Origin: Octopus vulgaris
Taxonomy: Eukaryota
NCBI GenBank assembly: GCA_951406725.2
Contig: OX597830.1
Span: 45,260,001 to 45,324,000 of the forward strand
DNA: 64,000 nucleotides
Reading direction: 5' to 3'
Part shown: piece after piece, positions 13,165 through 26,500 of the stretch
Layout: each line of letters starts with the position of its first letter
Position numbering within the stretch: the first letter of the stretch is position 1
Notes under the pieces: model-generated
The model's input: only the letters and a program-made list of their open reading frames with translations
What the model was told of the DNA's origin: nothing
Databases searched by the model: none
Position numbers and translations under genes: made by a program

Positions 13165-13560
13165 TGCATTACAAAGTCTAGAGTTTTTCTTTGGCATCAA
13201 GTAATACTCCAGGCCTGCTTCGCGATCCACATTGGAGTATTGCTCACATAGCCGGGGTGCTGTTTATTCTTTACATCCCAAAAATGTCATCCGTATTATT
13301 GGCAAAGATTTACTCACCAACAACGATGCCATAAACGATGCCGTCTCTTCTGCCTGTCTCTTCTACCTCTGCTACAATATTATTTGCTGAAACGAACTAG
13401 AAAAATCCAATCAGGCCACCTAGGTTTAATTATTCTTAACCGTGTCTCTCCCCCGTGCTAAACATTTTTCCAAACAGACTTACACATCACACTGTTTCTT
13501 TTCCCTTGTTGTGTGTGTATTCTAAACGCAAACTACTTTAACCAATCAATCCAAAGGCCT
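13165..13560 (+). mobile_element. Highly decayed CR1/Jockey-like LINE fragment
   Basis: Remnant motifs TLEYCSHI and VIRIIG; a possible endonuclease remnant (ILDNFNVQN) near 10020. Confidence 0.4.
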
Positions 13561-15132
13561 TTCTAAATACACTATTTCTTTTCATCTACGCACCCATTAT
13601 CACTTCACAAACCGTTTTCTAAAACCCTTCTGTGAACACACGAATGCTTTACAAACCTCTCATTAAACACCTCAATGTACTCTTATTACCTCACTACCCC
13701 CTCATTAAACCCTTCAGCCAAAACACAGGAATTCTCTTTCACGCCCTTCAGAGGAATAAATAGTCCACACACCATCTTCAAGTAAGTTAATGTATGCACG
13801 TGTATATTCATGTGCATATGCGTGTGTTGTGTATTGTATTGGTGTGTTTCTGTAATGTTTTCTGGATGAGAAATAAATCTTCCCATGGATGGTGTGCAGG
13901 GGATTTTAGTTAGAACTTTGTGTTTGTATATGTTTTTTATGTTGTTTTTATTTAAACCACTCTAGCTATAACTATTGTGTCTATTAAGTTTATCTCAAAC
14001 TACATTATGCAATGTATCCTTCCTGTATTTGTAAAAGTGGTAGAGTGGGATTTGACAGAAATTTAGCTACTTCTTCTAGTAGGACGAGTGGCTATGTGCA
14101 GGATTTTTCACGGGCGTAAAGCTAGCTTAATGACTAAGAGGGTTGCTTCGCAATCATGCGATTCCAGATTCATTCTTATTACGCGGAATCATTGTCAATG
14201 GCATGTGAGTGGAATATGCTACATGGAGCATATGCGGAATCCGACGTCTATACTTTCGGACCAAGTTCCTTGCGATATTTGTTCTGCTCAAATTGCACAA
14301 ACAATCTCTTGTCACTACCGTAAAAGCAGTGAACCAGTCATTAGCTCGTTAAAATCATGTAACCAACGGTTCACAGTACGCGATAGAAATAAATAAAACG
14401 TGTGTTATTTGTTCTTATGTTTCGATACGAATAACAAACATAAAAAAAATGGGTGTTAGATTGTAGAAAAATTTAAAGCATTTGTTACAATTGAAGAACA
14501 AGAATTTCTTATCTATCAAAAGAAGAAAGTAGTCCAAGAAATCGGCAGGACAAATGTCAGCGCCGTGTGCATATGTTTATTTCTGTCTAATTTTAAATTT
14601 CTGATTTAAAATATGTCGGGTAGTAGCACGTGTACAGGAAAATAAGCCAATCCTTATCAGATGTTGTTAATTTTTTTGCTGACACTGGGAAAAATGATAA
14701 ACAACAAATTATTTTATAATTACCAGCCTAGCATTCTCTTAATAAGGCTAATATTGTGATATTAAATCCCAATTCATCCACCCACTTTCTTAAAGAGTGT
14801 TGATAGTTATCACATGTGCGATCTCTACATGTTCCCTTTACTCATGTATATTTTGGTAGTCGTCTGTTTACATAATATCCATATTTTCATCTATGTATGT
14901 CAGTCAACGTGCTTGTGTTTACATACTCTTTTCCTGTTGTCAGCCCCTGGACTGCGGCCGTGCGGCAGCTTTTAGTAGTTAAGCAGATCAGATCAGCTCC
15001 ACTACGAATTCCGATCCGGTATTTATTCTATCACTTTACTGACCGAATCGCTAAATTACACATTTGTCACAAACGGACGCAGCTCGTCATGGATCTGCAC
15101 CGATAAACACAAATACACAGAAACACACACAC

Positions 15133-15202
<70 letters not shown>

Positions 15203-15314
15203 CCAAAGTCAGGCACATCAGGTTTCTGCACAGTTACCATCTGCAATAAAGAATCCCGACCGGGATTTAAGTTGGAGCAAAGCGTGTTGACGGTTATGAT
15301 ATAATACAGTAACT

Positions 15315-15420
<106 letters not shown>

Positions 15421-15599
15421 CGCACCGCATTTTACTTCCAAACCCGCACAGCGCACACTCCTCCCAATTTCCATTTTTTTATTTGCACCCCACCCCTCAC
15501 ACACGCACACTCACTCACACCTCACACTCACGCACAAATACTCTACAATTATATAGTTACGAGCTGCAAAACATTTCTATATTTTAGAGAGGTGGAATT

Positions 15600-16229
15600 A
15601 TGCACATTATTTACGTTTGACAGATATTTGTCCTCATCTTGTTTGTGGTTAACACAACGTTTCGAGTAAAACCACCAATAGAAGAGAATATGACAAAAGA
15701 CTGCGTGTACTCCATCCCATGCGGCTGTGGTAGGTTATACAAAAGCGAAACATGCCGCCCCCTCAAAATAAGGGAAGAGGAATATCGCAAAGCTGTGACA
15801 CGAAGAGATATTGATAAATCGGGTATACCTGATCATGTATGGAAAAAAGGAGACCACCTCCCCCTGTGGGATGAAGTTGAAATAATAGACAGAGAACACC
15901 CCTGGAAAATACGAAAGCTAGAAGAAGCAGCACATATGCTAGGACATAATAACCTCACAAGCAGACTGAGTGCAGATATGGGAATTGGTATTAAGGAAGG
16001 AAACATTAGATTTATAAGCTCTAAAATTCACTCCATGGTTGTCCACGGGTATATGGCGTAGTGGTTAAGAGCGCGGGCTACTAACCCCGAGTTCGATTCC
16101 AAGCAGTGACCTGAATAATAAAGTAGATTGACAAAATTAGATTTGAACCTGTGGAAGACACACAAGATATCGAAATATCGTTCCCTATATGACAATGGCA
16201 CTCTTCTTTTAATTTGGATAATAATAATG

Positions 16230-16264
<35 letters not shown>

Positions 16265-16380
16265 CTTAGGAATGAGAACCCAGGTTCGAAATTTCCCCAG
16301 CTGGAGGGTATATCAGCCGAAACGTTGTGTTAACAACAAATAAAATGAGGACAAATATCCGTCAAATGTAACTAACGTGC
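15600..16380 (+). mobile_element. Penelope-like GIY-YIG fragment with inverted terminal tails
   Basis: ORF 15639-16061: CVYSIPCGCGRLYKSETCRPLKIREEEY..DHVW..IIDREHPWKIRKLEEA; 15600-15664 is the reverse complement of 16318-16380. Confidence 0.9.
16045..16120 (+). mobile_element. Short tRNA-derived SINE fragment nested in the Penelope-like element
   Basis: TGGCGTAGTGGTTAAGAGCGCGGG..GAGTTCGATTCC (A/B boxes) followed by a TAA tail. Confidence 0.6.
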
Positions 16381-17035
16381 TAAACATTTTCTGTTCCTTT
16401 CAACGAAGCAATGCCGCCGGTTCTGATATCAGCTTCTCTGTTGCCATCAAACTATCTACTTTCTAGTTAGTTCACATATTTACTAAATCTCTCTCTTGAC
16501 CCCGCATTAGAGACACACATTTTTGCTGACTGCAGAGTTTGAAAATATTATGCTACTTTTCACTTTCCCGTAACCGATTTTATACAAGTACCATCCATAT
16601 ACCAGCCATCGACTCTAAGCCATACCTACATTTTTTTTCTCAGAACGGAGTTTTGTAAGTCTTTCAACGGGTAAACGACAATCTCCTCGCTTCCAGCAAT
16701 ACCAAAGCACTATGGCTAACATATAGAAAAAAAATGTTGCGACACTACAAACTCTTTACGTATGAACAATACATTCAAAACCCTCAAACTTGCCAAGATT
16801 TCTTACTAAACCACTGGATGCAATCACCTCTTTCCCATTGTTATCTCTAGGTTTACTCTCAAAACTTCCTTCAATCATTCCTCGGTTCCTGCATGGATCA
16901 ACCTATCTATAAAAAACGATTCAATTAGAATTTCTGTATCAATCTCGACAGTTTAGGAGCTGCGGGTGTGTTGAACATCTGGAACTTAATAAATAACATA
17001 TGCCATAACACATGTATGTTAACGAGTGTGTGTGT

Positions 17036-17079
<44 letters not shown>

Positions 17080-19151
17080 AAGTTACCGTAATCAGAGAAT
17101 TAAGAAAACCATTCAAACAAGGAAGGATTCAGTACATTTGAATGTAGGGTAGAACCATTATGAACTATAGAACCTCCGACTATTGTAAAAGGAGCTTTGA
17201 AACTGATAGCCTTTCGAAACATTTCTACAATCGTCGGACGCTCTGTATTTAATATCTATGTGGTGTGTGTACGTGTGTTATTTACACACATGTATATTGC
17301 TACGTTTATTAATGTATCTGTCTGATTAATTGTATTTCTAATGATACATTTGAAATTCTAACCTCAAGTTAGCTTTATGTCACAATGCTATGAAATAAAG
17401 AGAATCTGTATCTGTTTGATGATAGGGAACATTTGAGAGAGAATGTATATATATATTTGAAACAAATGAATATGGAAAAGGCAAAGGCAAATGAACATGG
17501 AAATGGAGACCATACACGCTCATCATACATACCTCGACCTCCTGCCTCTCGATGACGTGACACGAGGTGTCGGAGCGAGCAGTCTGCAACAGAAACGGCC
17601 GATGAACAGAGAAATCATTATATGGAAAGAGCAAATGAAGATGAAAAAGATGTCACACACAGAGAATTGAAAGATTCACACGTGAGATGGAACTGTTGAC
17701 TACGGGACTGAACGCAGAAGGGATCATTCTCTTACAAGGGACATTATCACGTCTGTACTTTTCTAGTAACTACAAAATAAGACATTATTTCATGCTGTCA
17801 GGATATTTCTGTTGAACTCAAGAGAAGAGAATTGTTTATTAGCAATGGACATTTTCGTGGAGGCTACACTGGGGGGCCGCAAGGCAAATAAGTATGTCAA
17901 TGAGGCAGGTTTATCTGCGACTAGATATGTTATTGCAACACAATTCTAAGTTTCACACAGTTTTATATCAAATTGATTCATGCAGGTTTCAGTGGTTTTA
18001 GTTTCATTCAATTTTTAAAAAAATGGAAAACAAACTATATAAAAAAACACTACAGAGTATGACTTGGAAAATAACTTTTTCTATTTTCATTCATTCATGT
18101 GTGAATGTACTTCTATGACGACAGATATAAAATCAAATAGAGAGATGAAGATGAGAGAGATACAAAAGGTTAATATATGATCTAAGAGATGATCAAAGGA
18201 AGCAAGTCACTATAAACACCATCAGTATTTTTCAAAACTATTTCAAATTTGCTCCGGCTTCGCTCAGGGTTATCGTATGATACAAATAGAATCAAAATTC
18301 GTTATATTTTGGAATAAAATGCTCTTAAAAGATGATTAACTTCAGAAAGTGAATTCAATGAAGATTTTTTGTTAACCAGTTCAGAAGAGGTTTCATATCG
18401 AAATCCTCACATGATGAATTTCATAAAAAAATGTGCAAAATAAAAATGAAATATAAACAAAAAGTTGCAACACCTAAAATAAGATGAAATATTTCAAAAT
18501 TTTAAAATTTTGCTGAGAAAAGCAGCAAATACCGTATTGTACAAATCCTGTCCTAATTTATAAAATGGCTTTGTATCCGTTACTTTTCTTAGCAGTAAAA
18601 TGTCTATTGCTAGGATGAGAGAGATAGGCAATTTTTTTTAAAAATTATATTAGAAATAGTACATACTAATAATATAATAGTCCATACCCTACAGTCTTAT
18701 GAAAAGTTTCACTTAACTGTGACCTACAAGCTGCAATATACATAGTTTCACTTATATATGTGAAGATGCGATCAAATAATTTGCATTAATTATCTCCCCT
18801 TATTGAAGGCAGAATCGTTACAACGTAGAAAAAATTCTTGACGGTATATGTTATGTAGTGAGCAAAAAAAAAAAAACACTCAAAATTACACACGTAAGGA
18901 AAACATCGTTAACCCAATGTTATTTCGTATCAAGAAAAACAGTGGATTAAACTCTTCCGAGATTAAAAACTGAATGAAGGTTTTTCTGGAAGTTCTCCCA
19001 TGGCATTATAAATTCAAATGACAACATATTAGACGTATAAATTTTAACTATGCTCTTTGAATTAATATACATTAAACAAGTTCAACAGAGTAACTTTCAT
19101 AAAATTAGATTATTATTATTATTATTATTATCATCATCATTATTATTATAA

Positions 19152-19475
19152 AGGCGGTGAGCTGGCAGAAACGTCAGCACGCCGGGCGAAATGCGTAGCC
19201 GTATTTCGTCTGCCGTTACGTTCTGAGTTCAAATTCCGCCGAGGACGACTTTACCTTTCATCCTTTCGGGGTCGATTAAATAAGTACCAGTTACGCAATG
19301 GGGTCGATATAATCGACTTAATCCGTTTGTCTGTCCTTGTTTGTCCTCTCTGTGTTTAGCCACTTGTGGGTAGTAAATAAATAGGTATTTCGTCTGTCGC
19401 TACGTGCTGATTTCAAATTCCGCCGAGGTCGATTTTGCCTTTGATTCTTTCGGGAACGATAAAATAAATACCAAA
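19152..19475 (+). mobile_element. SINE family A, dimeric
   Basis: GGCGGTGAGCTGGCAGAA head, GAGTTCAAATTCC B-box; body repeated after a linker; follows (TTA)n. Confidence 0.9.
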
Positions 19476-19519
19476 ATTGCTGCCTTTGTGGCAAAATTTG
19501 AAACCATTATTATTATTAT

Positions 19520-19571
<52 letters not shown>

Positions 19572-19574
19572 TGT

Positions 19575-19935
19575 TGTATTTCTTTATCACAGGTTTTGTT
19601 GGAGATTCTGGAGTCTTGCATGCGTAGCGGACTTACTACCTGCAGCCTATGGTACCATACTATTCGTTCTTTTCATCTATCTAATACTTTCCTGATTATT
19701 CTGGCCGTGCCAAAGAGGGAAAACTTTAGTAACAGTTCTACTGGCCATTCAATTCCGATTTCATTTATATTCCTCTTAATGCCTTCTGATATTGTTCCCA
19801 AGGACCCGACAATAATTGGCGCTATCTTCCCCTTCTTCATTTTCCATAGCCGGGTTATTTAGTACTTAAGAGGGTTGTATCTATCTATCTATCTTTTCGT
19901 CCACCTTCTTGACTATTCGTGAGTCAACAGGGCAA
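19575..19935 (-). mobile_element. RLE non-LTR retrotransposon 3' end (R4/Dong-like), decayed
   Basis: Minus-strand PIIVGSLGTI and GTARIIRKVLD C-terminal motifs. Confidence 0.65.
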
Positions 19936-19965
19936 ACTATTATTATTTTTATTATTATTATTATT

Positions 19966-21640
19966 CTATGATTGACTTTTGCTTTATGTCTGTACAAGTT
20001 GGCTCCAAGTCTCACCCAGAGACCTCAAGAGACAACAGGTTGGAAGTTCACGTTGTTGTTATGCCTAGTGTGCCATATATTTGGGGGTTTTTTTGGTGTT
20101 GTACTAGTGAATGTCTAATACATTAAAAAAAAAGTTTGTTTTAAACCTTGGGATTACATAGAGAGTATTTTGCGTAAGATATGTGCAGTTCCCATGAGCA
20201 CTATCTTTTGAATTTCTGCCATTTTGGGGTTTCCTGGTATCTGAGTTAGGTAGCAATCAGTCCCTTTCGCTATCATTCCAAGGGCACCTATGACAGCAAG
20301 TATTGTTTTAGTCTTTAGGTTCCACATTTTGCTGATTTCTATTTCAAGATCTTTATATTTGCTCAGTTTTTGGTAGGTCTTGACAGATACGTTTATATCG
20401 ATTGGGACAGTCATATCAATGAGGAGGCATGTTCTTTGTCTGAAGTCTTTCAATATGATGTCTGGCCTATTTGCATCTATCTTTCTGTCAGTTTGAATGG
20501 TGAAGTTCCAGAGGAGTGAGATGTGGTCATTTTCAAGCACTGGAGGTGGATTGTGTTCCCACCAGTTTTTTTCATGGGGCAAATCCAGGTTTTTGCAAAT
20601 TACCCAGTGAATATATTGTGCAGCTCTATCATGCCTGTTGAGGTACTCTGTAGGCGCTAGAAGACTGCATTTGGAGACAACATGATCAATGGTTTCATTT
20701 TGTTGTCGGCATACACGACATGTTGGGCTACTGCCGTTCTTTAATATGTTGGCCTGGTAGTTTCTTGTTGGTAGGCATTGATCTTGAGCTGCTATGATAA
20801 ACCTCTCTGTTTCAGATTTTAAGCCAGAGGCCATTAGCCATTGATGGGTCAGGGCTTTGTCAATATCTGCATTATTCGCTCTCTTTGGGTATTTGCCATA
20901 GAGAGGTTTTTCTTGCCATTTATTATTCAGAATATCTAAGGCCGCAGTTTTGGCACGGGTTTTCATGCGCCTAGCTTTTTCTGTGCTTGTTTCTTGTATG
21001 TCTATCTCTAATTCCGAAATTGGTTGTATTCGGAATTCACTTAGATATTCCTTTGTCTGTTTTGTTACTGAGTATGATGCTTTCTTGTTTTCATGTTTTG
21101 AGACAAGTTTTAACATCCAGTCCTCAGACTTTTTCAGGTAGGTGTCTAGGCCAATTGTAGCAACTTCATTGTTATTGCCAGTTGCAAAAGACCACGGCCT
21201 CCCTCTTTTCTTGGCAGATAAAGTCGTTCTGTATCTGCCTTAGGGTGGTGCATTCTATGCATTGTCAACAGTTTTCTTATTTTTCTGTCGAGCTGACATA
21301 TTTCAGTAATTGACCAGTTAACGATATTGAAACTGTAAGTCACGACTGGTATGGCCAATGCATTGATCGCTTCGATCCTGTTTCTTGCATTCATCTCTGT
21401 CTTGAGTTTTGCTCTCACTCTTCGATAGCATTCTCTCCTGATCCTTTCCTTCATCTCTGAATGCCTTATTCCGTTCCCTTCAATTACCCCTAGGTACTTG
21501 TAGCTCTCCGCTGGGTCTAGTTATTTTATGACATTCTGCTGGTCAAGGTTAACGTTAGATGTTTCTGTCATTTTTCCTTTGATAAAGGTAGCTTTTGCAC
21601 ACTTATCGAGGCCGAATTGCATTCTGATGTCGTCACTGAA
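19966..21640 (-). mobile_element. 5'-truncated R4/Dong-like RLE retrotransposon (RT end, CCHC finger, RLE domain)
   Basis: ORFs 21146-21454 (RLYLPRKEGGRGL) and 20154-21116 (CRVC..ETIDHVVSKC, RHD, RPDII..LIDMTVP..KLSKY) joined by a frameshift; 3' end abuts (TTA)n. Confidence 0.93.
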
Positions 21641-21649
21641 TTATTATTC

Positions 21650-22770
21650 AGTAGTTTTATTTTTATAGCGTGTTTTCACTTCACTACAGAGCGCAGCTCT
21701 GTGTGCTTTGGGTATGTGCTGTGATTTGTTGTGATGCTCTGATGGTTACTGTATGGAAAGTGTTCTGCGTAGGATGTGTGCAGTGCCTAGTAGTGCAATT
21801 TTCTGTATGTTATATGTGTTTGTAAGTCCTGGTGTTTTGTTATGTATTTGTCTGAATATTTTTTCATCATACTTAATGCGCCTACTATGATAGGAATTGT
21901 TTCTGTTGCATGGTTAATACATTTTAGTAATGTTGGAGATTCCAAGACCCATGAGAGTTGAACACTGTCGAATGCATTCTGGTAATCAATGCAAGTCATG
22001 TCGAGGTTTTCTTTTTCCTCTTACAGCCTTCTATAATGACTGGATTTACCAAATGCTGCTCCTTCCAACCATACACCCCTCTCCGGCCCCCCTTTTGTTC
22101 CTCTGGTAAAAGATAGTTATTTTCCTGGTTTATTGTAAACCGGCGATAGGTGACTGATACGAGTGTTTCGTAGGTTGTTGTTAGACATGTTATTGTTCAA
22201 AAATTTTGTGAGTCTATGGTGTCTTTGTTTTGGAGAATTGGGGTGGTTTATCCTTCCAGAATGCAGTTTGGTGCTGATTCCGACTTGCTTATAATTAAAT
22301 TAAATGTTGCTGCTACGTGAGTATGGGTAATGCCGAAGTGTTTCATCCAGAAGTTTGGGACCTTGTCTATCCCTGGAGTCTTCTAGTTACTGCTAGTCCT
22401 CAATATATCCGTGATCTCTTGGCCTGTGATGGTGGCCCATACCTCTGGTGCTATTTTGCTCTTCCTTTCCTTTTCCCTATTTATCCATTGAGCATTTTTG
22501 CTGTGTTTTTCTTATTTGCTCCATATTCTTTCCTACTGAATCTCCAGTGCTGATGGAATCTATTAATGTTTTCGTTTTATTTTTGTTTAACTTCTTGTAA
22601 AATCTTTTCGAGCTTATTTTAAATTCTCTATTCTTTCTTGGAAGAAGCGTTCCCGTTTTTCGTACCATTGTATGCGACAAGTTTTGCTGCTATGCTCGGG
22701 TTAATTTTTTCTTTTACCTCCCATGTGTCTTCTTTATTTTTTATGTTCTATTGTTTTGTTATATAGGTCT
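21650..22770 (-). mobile_element. Further decayed R4/Dong-like fragments (3' end and RT N-terminal part)
   Basis: ETIPIIVGAL..GTAHILRRTL; IDYQNAFDSV; KTPGIDKVPNFW. Confidence 0.75.
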
Positions 22771-22776
22771 TCTATA

Positions 22777-22809
<33 letters not shown>

Positions 22810-23296
22810 GAGTGAGAGAGCATCGTATGGCATCAAAGTGACACTGGGGTACAACTATACGAAGCCCAATATACCCATCATGATTACTTCTCTGATAAGG
22901 GTACACCAGGCACATGCATCACAACCATATGTGTGCAACATGGTAATCTCATATCAAGATAAACAGCGCATTACCTTACAGGTGAAGCCCAGTTAGAATT
23001 TTCTTCAGGTCGAGTAGCCTATCCCGCTCAAAAGGTCCCTGAATAAGGGTTGTTTAAGGATGTTGAACGAAACATTCATGCTTCCAGAGGTGAATTATTC
23101 AAACCCCAAACAATTTCTCTCAACACATGGCTATGATGCTCCCCCACTACTTCTGCTCGCGATTAAAGATGCACACACTGTCAACCACTGAGGGAGATGC
23201 TCAACAGGTTACAGTCAAACAAGTGACAAGCAAATTTGTGGTATTGAGCAGAATATTTGCTGTAGCCCATCTTTTTCACCAAGACAAAACATGTAA
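22810..23296. repeat. Unclassified insert bounded by (TTA)n tracts
   Basis: Sharp composition change between two TTA runs; no recognisable coding motif. Confidence 0.4.
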
Positions 23297-23334
23297 TTAT
23301 TATTATTATACGTTGCTGCCTTAAACTTTAAAAA

Positions 23335-23550
23335 TAATCCTTTCTATTATAGGCACAAGGCCTGAAATTTTGAGGGAGGGGCCAGTCGATTAGATTGATT
23401 CCAGTACACAACTGGTACTTAATTTATCGATCCCGAAAAGATGAAAGGCAAAATCGACCTCGGTGGAATTTGAACTCAGAACGTAAAAACAGGCGAAATA
23501 CCGATAAGCATTTTGCCCGGCGTGTTAACGTTTCTGCCAGCTCTCCACCT
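23335..23550 (-). mobile_element. SINE family A, monomer
   Basis: Full head-to-tail match to family A. Confidence 0.85.
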
Positions 23551-26500
23551 TATAATAATATAAAATCTTAAAATAATATATGTCCTGAGTATACGTAGCT
23601 AGATAACATCGATCTTCGATTTACAAGTAAAAATTGATACCATCGATATTTCCGCAATGAAACGTATTAAATCACAAGGAAATGAATACATCAAATGAGT
23701 ATAATAAATACTAAACGGTTAAATATTTTCGTCAGAAACAATTTAACTAAAAATAACTACAAAACATCTCATAATCTCAAATTCAAGTAAAATCTATATT
23801 AATTCAACCAAACGGCAGAATTTCAATAGTTTCAATAAAACTTCAGAGCACTGTAGCAATCCAACGATTAAACATTGTTATATTTTTTATATAAGGTTGA
23901 TATTCTTATCCAGACGGCCTTTGTTTTACCGAGGGAATATTTTCGAATGAATAAACCCTCTGTATATTATTAGATTTACTGATTAAGCAGAACAACACTA
24001 CACAATAACAGATATAATAAGCTATCGAGCATCGTGATTCTGTCTCTGCCACTCTTCATATGTTCGAGGATTTTATTGTTTGAATATTTGGACTTTTGAC
24101 TGATGTAAATCATAATCATCTCGCACGAGACGGTAGCTAAACCCTGTTTCTATTGTAGAAGTTGATGTTGTAGTTGTTTTTATTGAGAAACCTCCAGCCA
24201 TTGCTTCAACTGAGAAGGCACATCATACAAAGATGACCAATAAAGCCCAGAAGAAGTTTTTGCTGATGTTTTACTCTGTTTTTGTTGCATTTCAATCTGG
24301 TTTCGAACCACACATTACAAATGTCATGAATTTTAATAAGGTAGTTAAGCCGTGTTGTAATCATTTTAGTATCATATCTTATATTCGAAGACTTTGGTGA
24401 TCATCGTCACATAGACGGCTTAAGTAGATTTTGTGATACTAATAATCTCAATCCTTTGGTTGTTAATACAGAATATGAGTGTAGAAAGGCAGTTGACATT
24501 GTAAGTATTTTAGTGTTTGCATCGGACTTGTCTAATCCCGAACTGTTTTATATAATAGCTAAATCACACCTTGAAATTGAGGTCAGAAAGAGCTAAGTCC
24601 TATAACATTTCCCACGAAGTGTCTGTAGTTAAAAGAACATCAATGAAAATAAGTTTGTTGTTGGTAATGTTCAGAGTGTCTCGAGTTTACAGTTTCTAAT
24701 TTAGAATGTCTTTTTTTGTAATGTGTACGTCAGAGAAGAAGATATCAGTACTTCTTTCTAGAGTGCCTTCTCCCACACTTCCGATATTAAAACTTTGATA
24801 ATGTAATTCTAACCTTCTTGACAAAGTATTGAGTTCTCAGAAATAATGACGCCAACTTCTTCATTCTAAGAAAACAATTAGCAACCTTCCAGTTCCTCTA
24901 ACAATTTAGACATCTACTAATGACAGATTTCCCTGACTACCAACTCCTACATTGTCCTAGATTTCAATGAGGTCAACATATTTTGAACAAAATAAATTCT
25001 GGTTAGGATACTACAACTTCAGAGAGGATACCACAAGTTGAAAAAGAGAATTAATTTTTGATGCGAGAGACATTTATGAATATATTTACTGGCTCAAAGT
25101 AGTTGCAGATTGAAGAAAATCAAATGATAATTGTTTGATACAAATGAGATAACCTTAAAAGATGCTATAGCACACAATTGTTGTTTCCATGATTTGATTC
25201 GGAAATATTTCGATACAAACCACCAAAACCTTAAGTGTTGTTAATATCCATTATTTAGATTATCTACAGAAAAGGTGGTTTGTGTAAAAAAGCTAAATCG
25301 ACAAGACTGTTCTGAAATTCTTCATCGAGTATCATTCATGTCACTACAGTGTCATAAATAATTCTTGATAAATGGCCTTATTTAAATGTATTAATGAAGA
25401 CGATATTTATACGATTTCACCATTCTACAAATCACTCGTTTGCGTATCTCACGGAAGAGTTTAGATAATTACAGAAATAACTTGAGAAGTGTTCACTTCA
25501 ATACTGGTGATACTGCGTGTTTATGTTTTTGCTTAAAATAATTTTTCTGAAAACTTTATCAAAAAGGAAAATAAAGATTCGAATGAGTATTTAGGAGATA
25601 TTTAAGGGCGAATATTACAGAAGAAATAAATAAACTGCAGAAAATTCCTTTTTAAAAAATTGAACTTAATATAATGTTTTAACGCCACTGTCTCCATGCT
25701 TCTATTAAGAATGTTTGAAGCTTGTCTTCTAGTTACCTGTATTTATTTAAGCATGCAAAATCATTCATGCATGGGAACAAATACATGCACATATATTCAA
25801 ACATGGAGGAAAACACAAAAGAAATCGCAATCAAAATGTTTTTGATAAAATAATTATCATAAATGTCAGATTATTGTACTAAAACAGTAACAGAAATTAT
25901 CAAACGCTAATATTCTGTTTGCGCAATGAATATCCACGGAAAACATTCGCTACAACTATTGAAAGAATATTCAATCACTAACACTATAATTCAATGAATA
26001 GTTTTGTGGATCAAATAATTAGTAACATTCATCGCTAACACTGACGCGACATTCACCATCATCATCATTATCATCATCCTCATCATCATATAATTAATAC
26101 CATACCATAGTTTCACACATATGTAATATAAGCTATATAATGCAAAGCTAAGAATGCAGCACACATCTGCTTCACCTCTACCGAATACCTGTAGTATATT
26201 GCAGGATGCCTGCATGGAACCGTGGCGCATTTTGCATTTTATAGCTAAAATTACGCACATATTACGAAGTCTACATACTACAGTATTCCAACATAGTCTT
26301 ACAGAACTATTGGACCAGAATTTTTTATATACTTAAACTACAATATACAGCACCTATCTATCAATCTATCTATCTGTCTTATCTATCTATTTATTTGTCT
26401 GTTTGTATCCATGCATATGTATACATAAAGACGACAGATACGTAGTATAAATCAAATGTTTAATTTAGAAGAATTTAATTGGAAACTATCTGGTTATACA

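Noticed and set aside
20154-21116. 320-aa ORF as a host gene
   Set aside because: It is the CCHC+RLE C-terminus of a truncated, frameshifted retrotransposon
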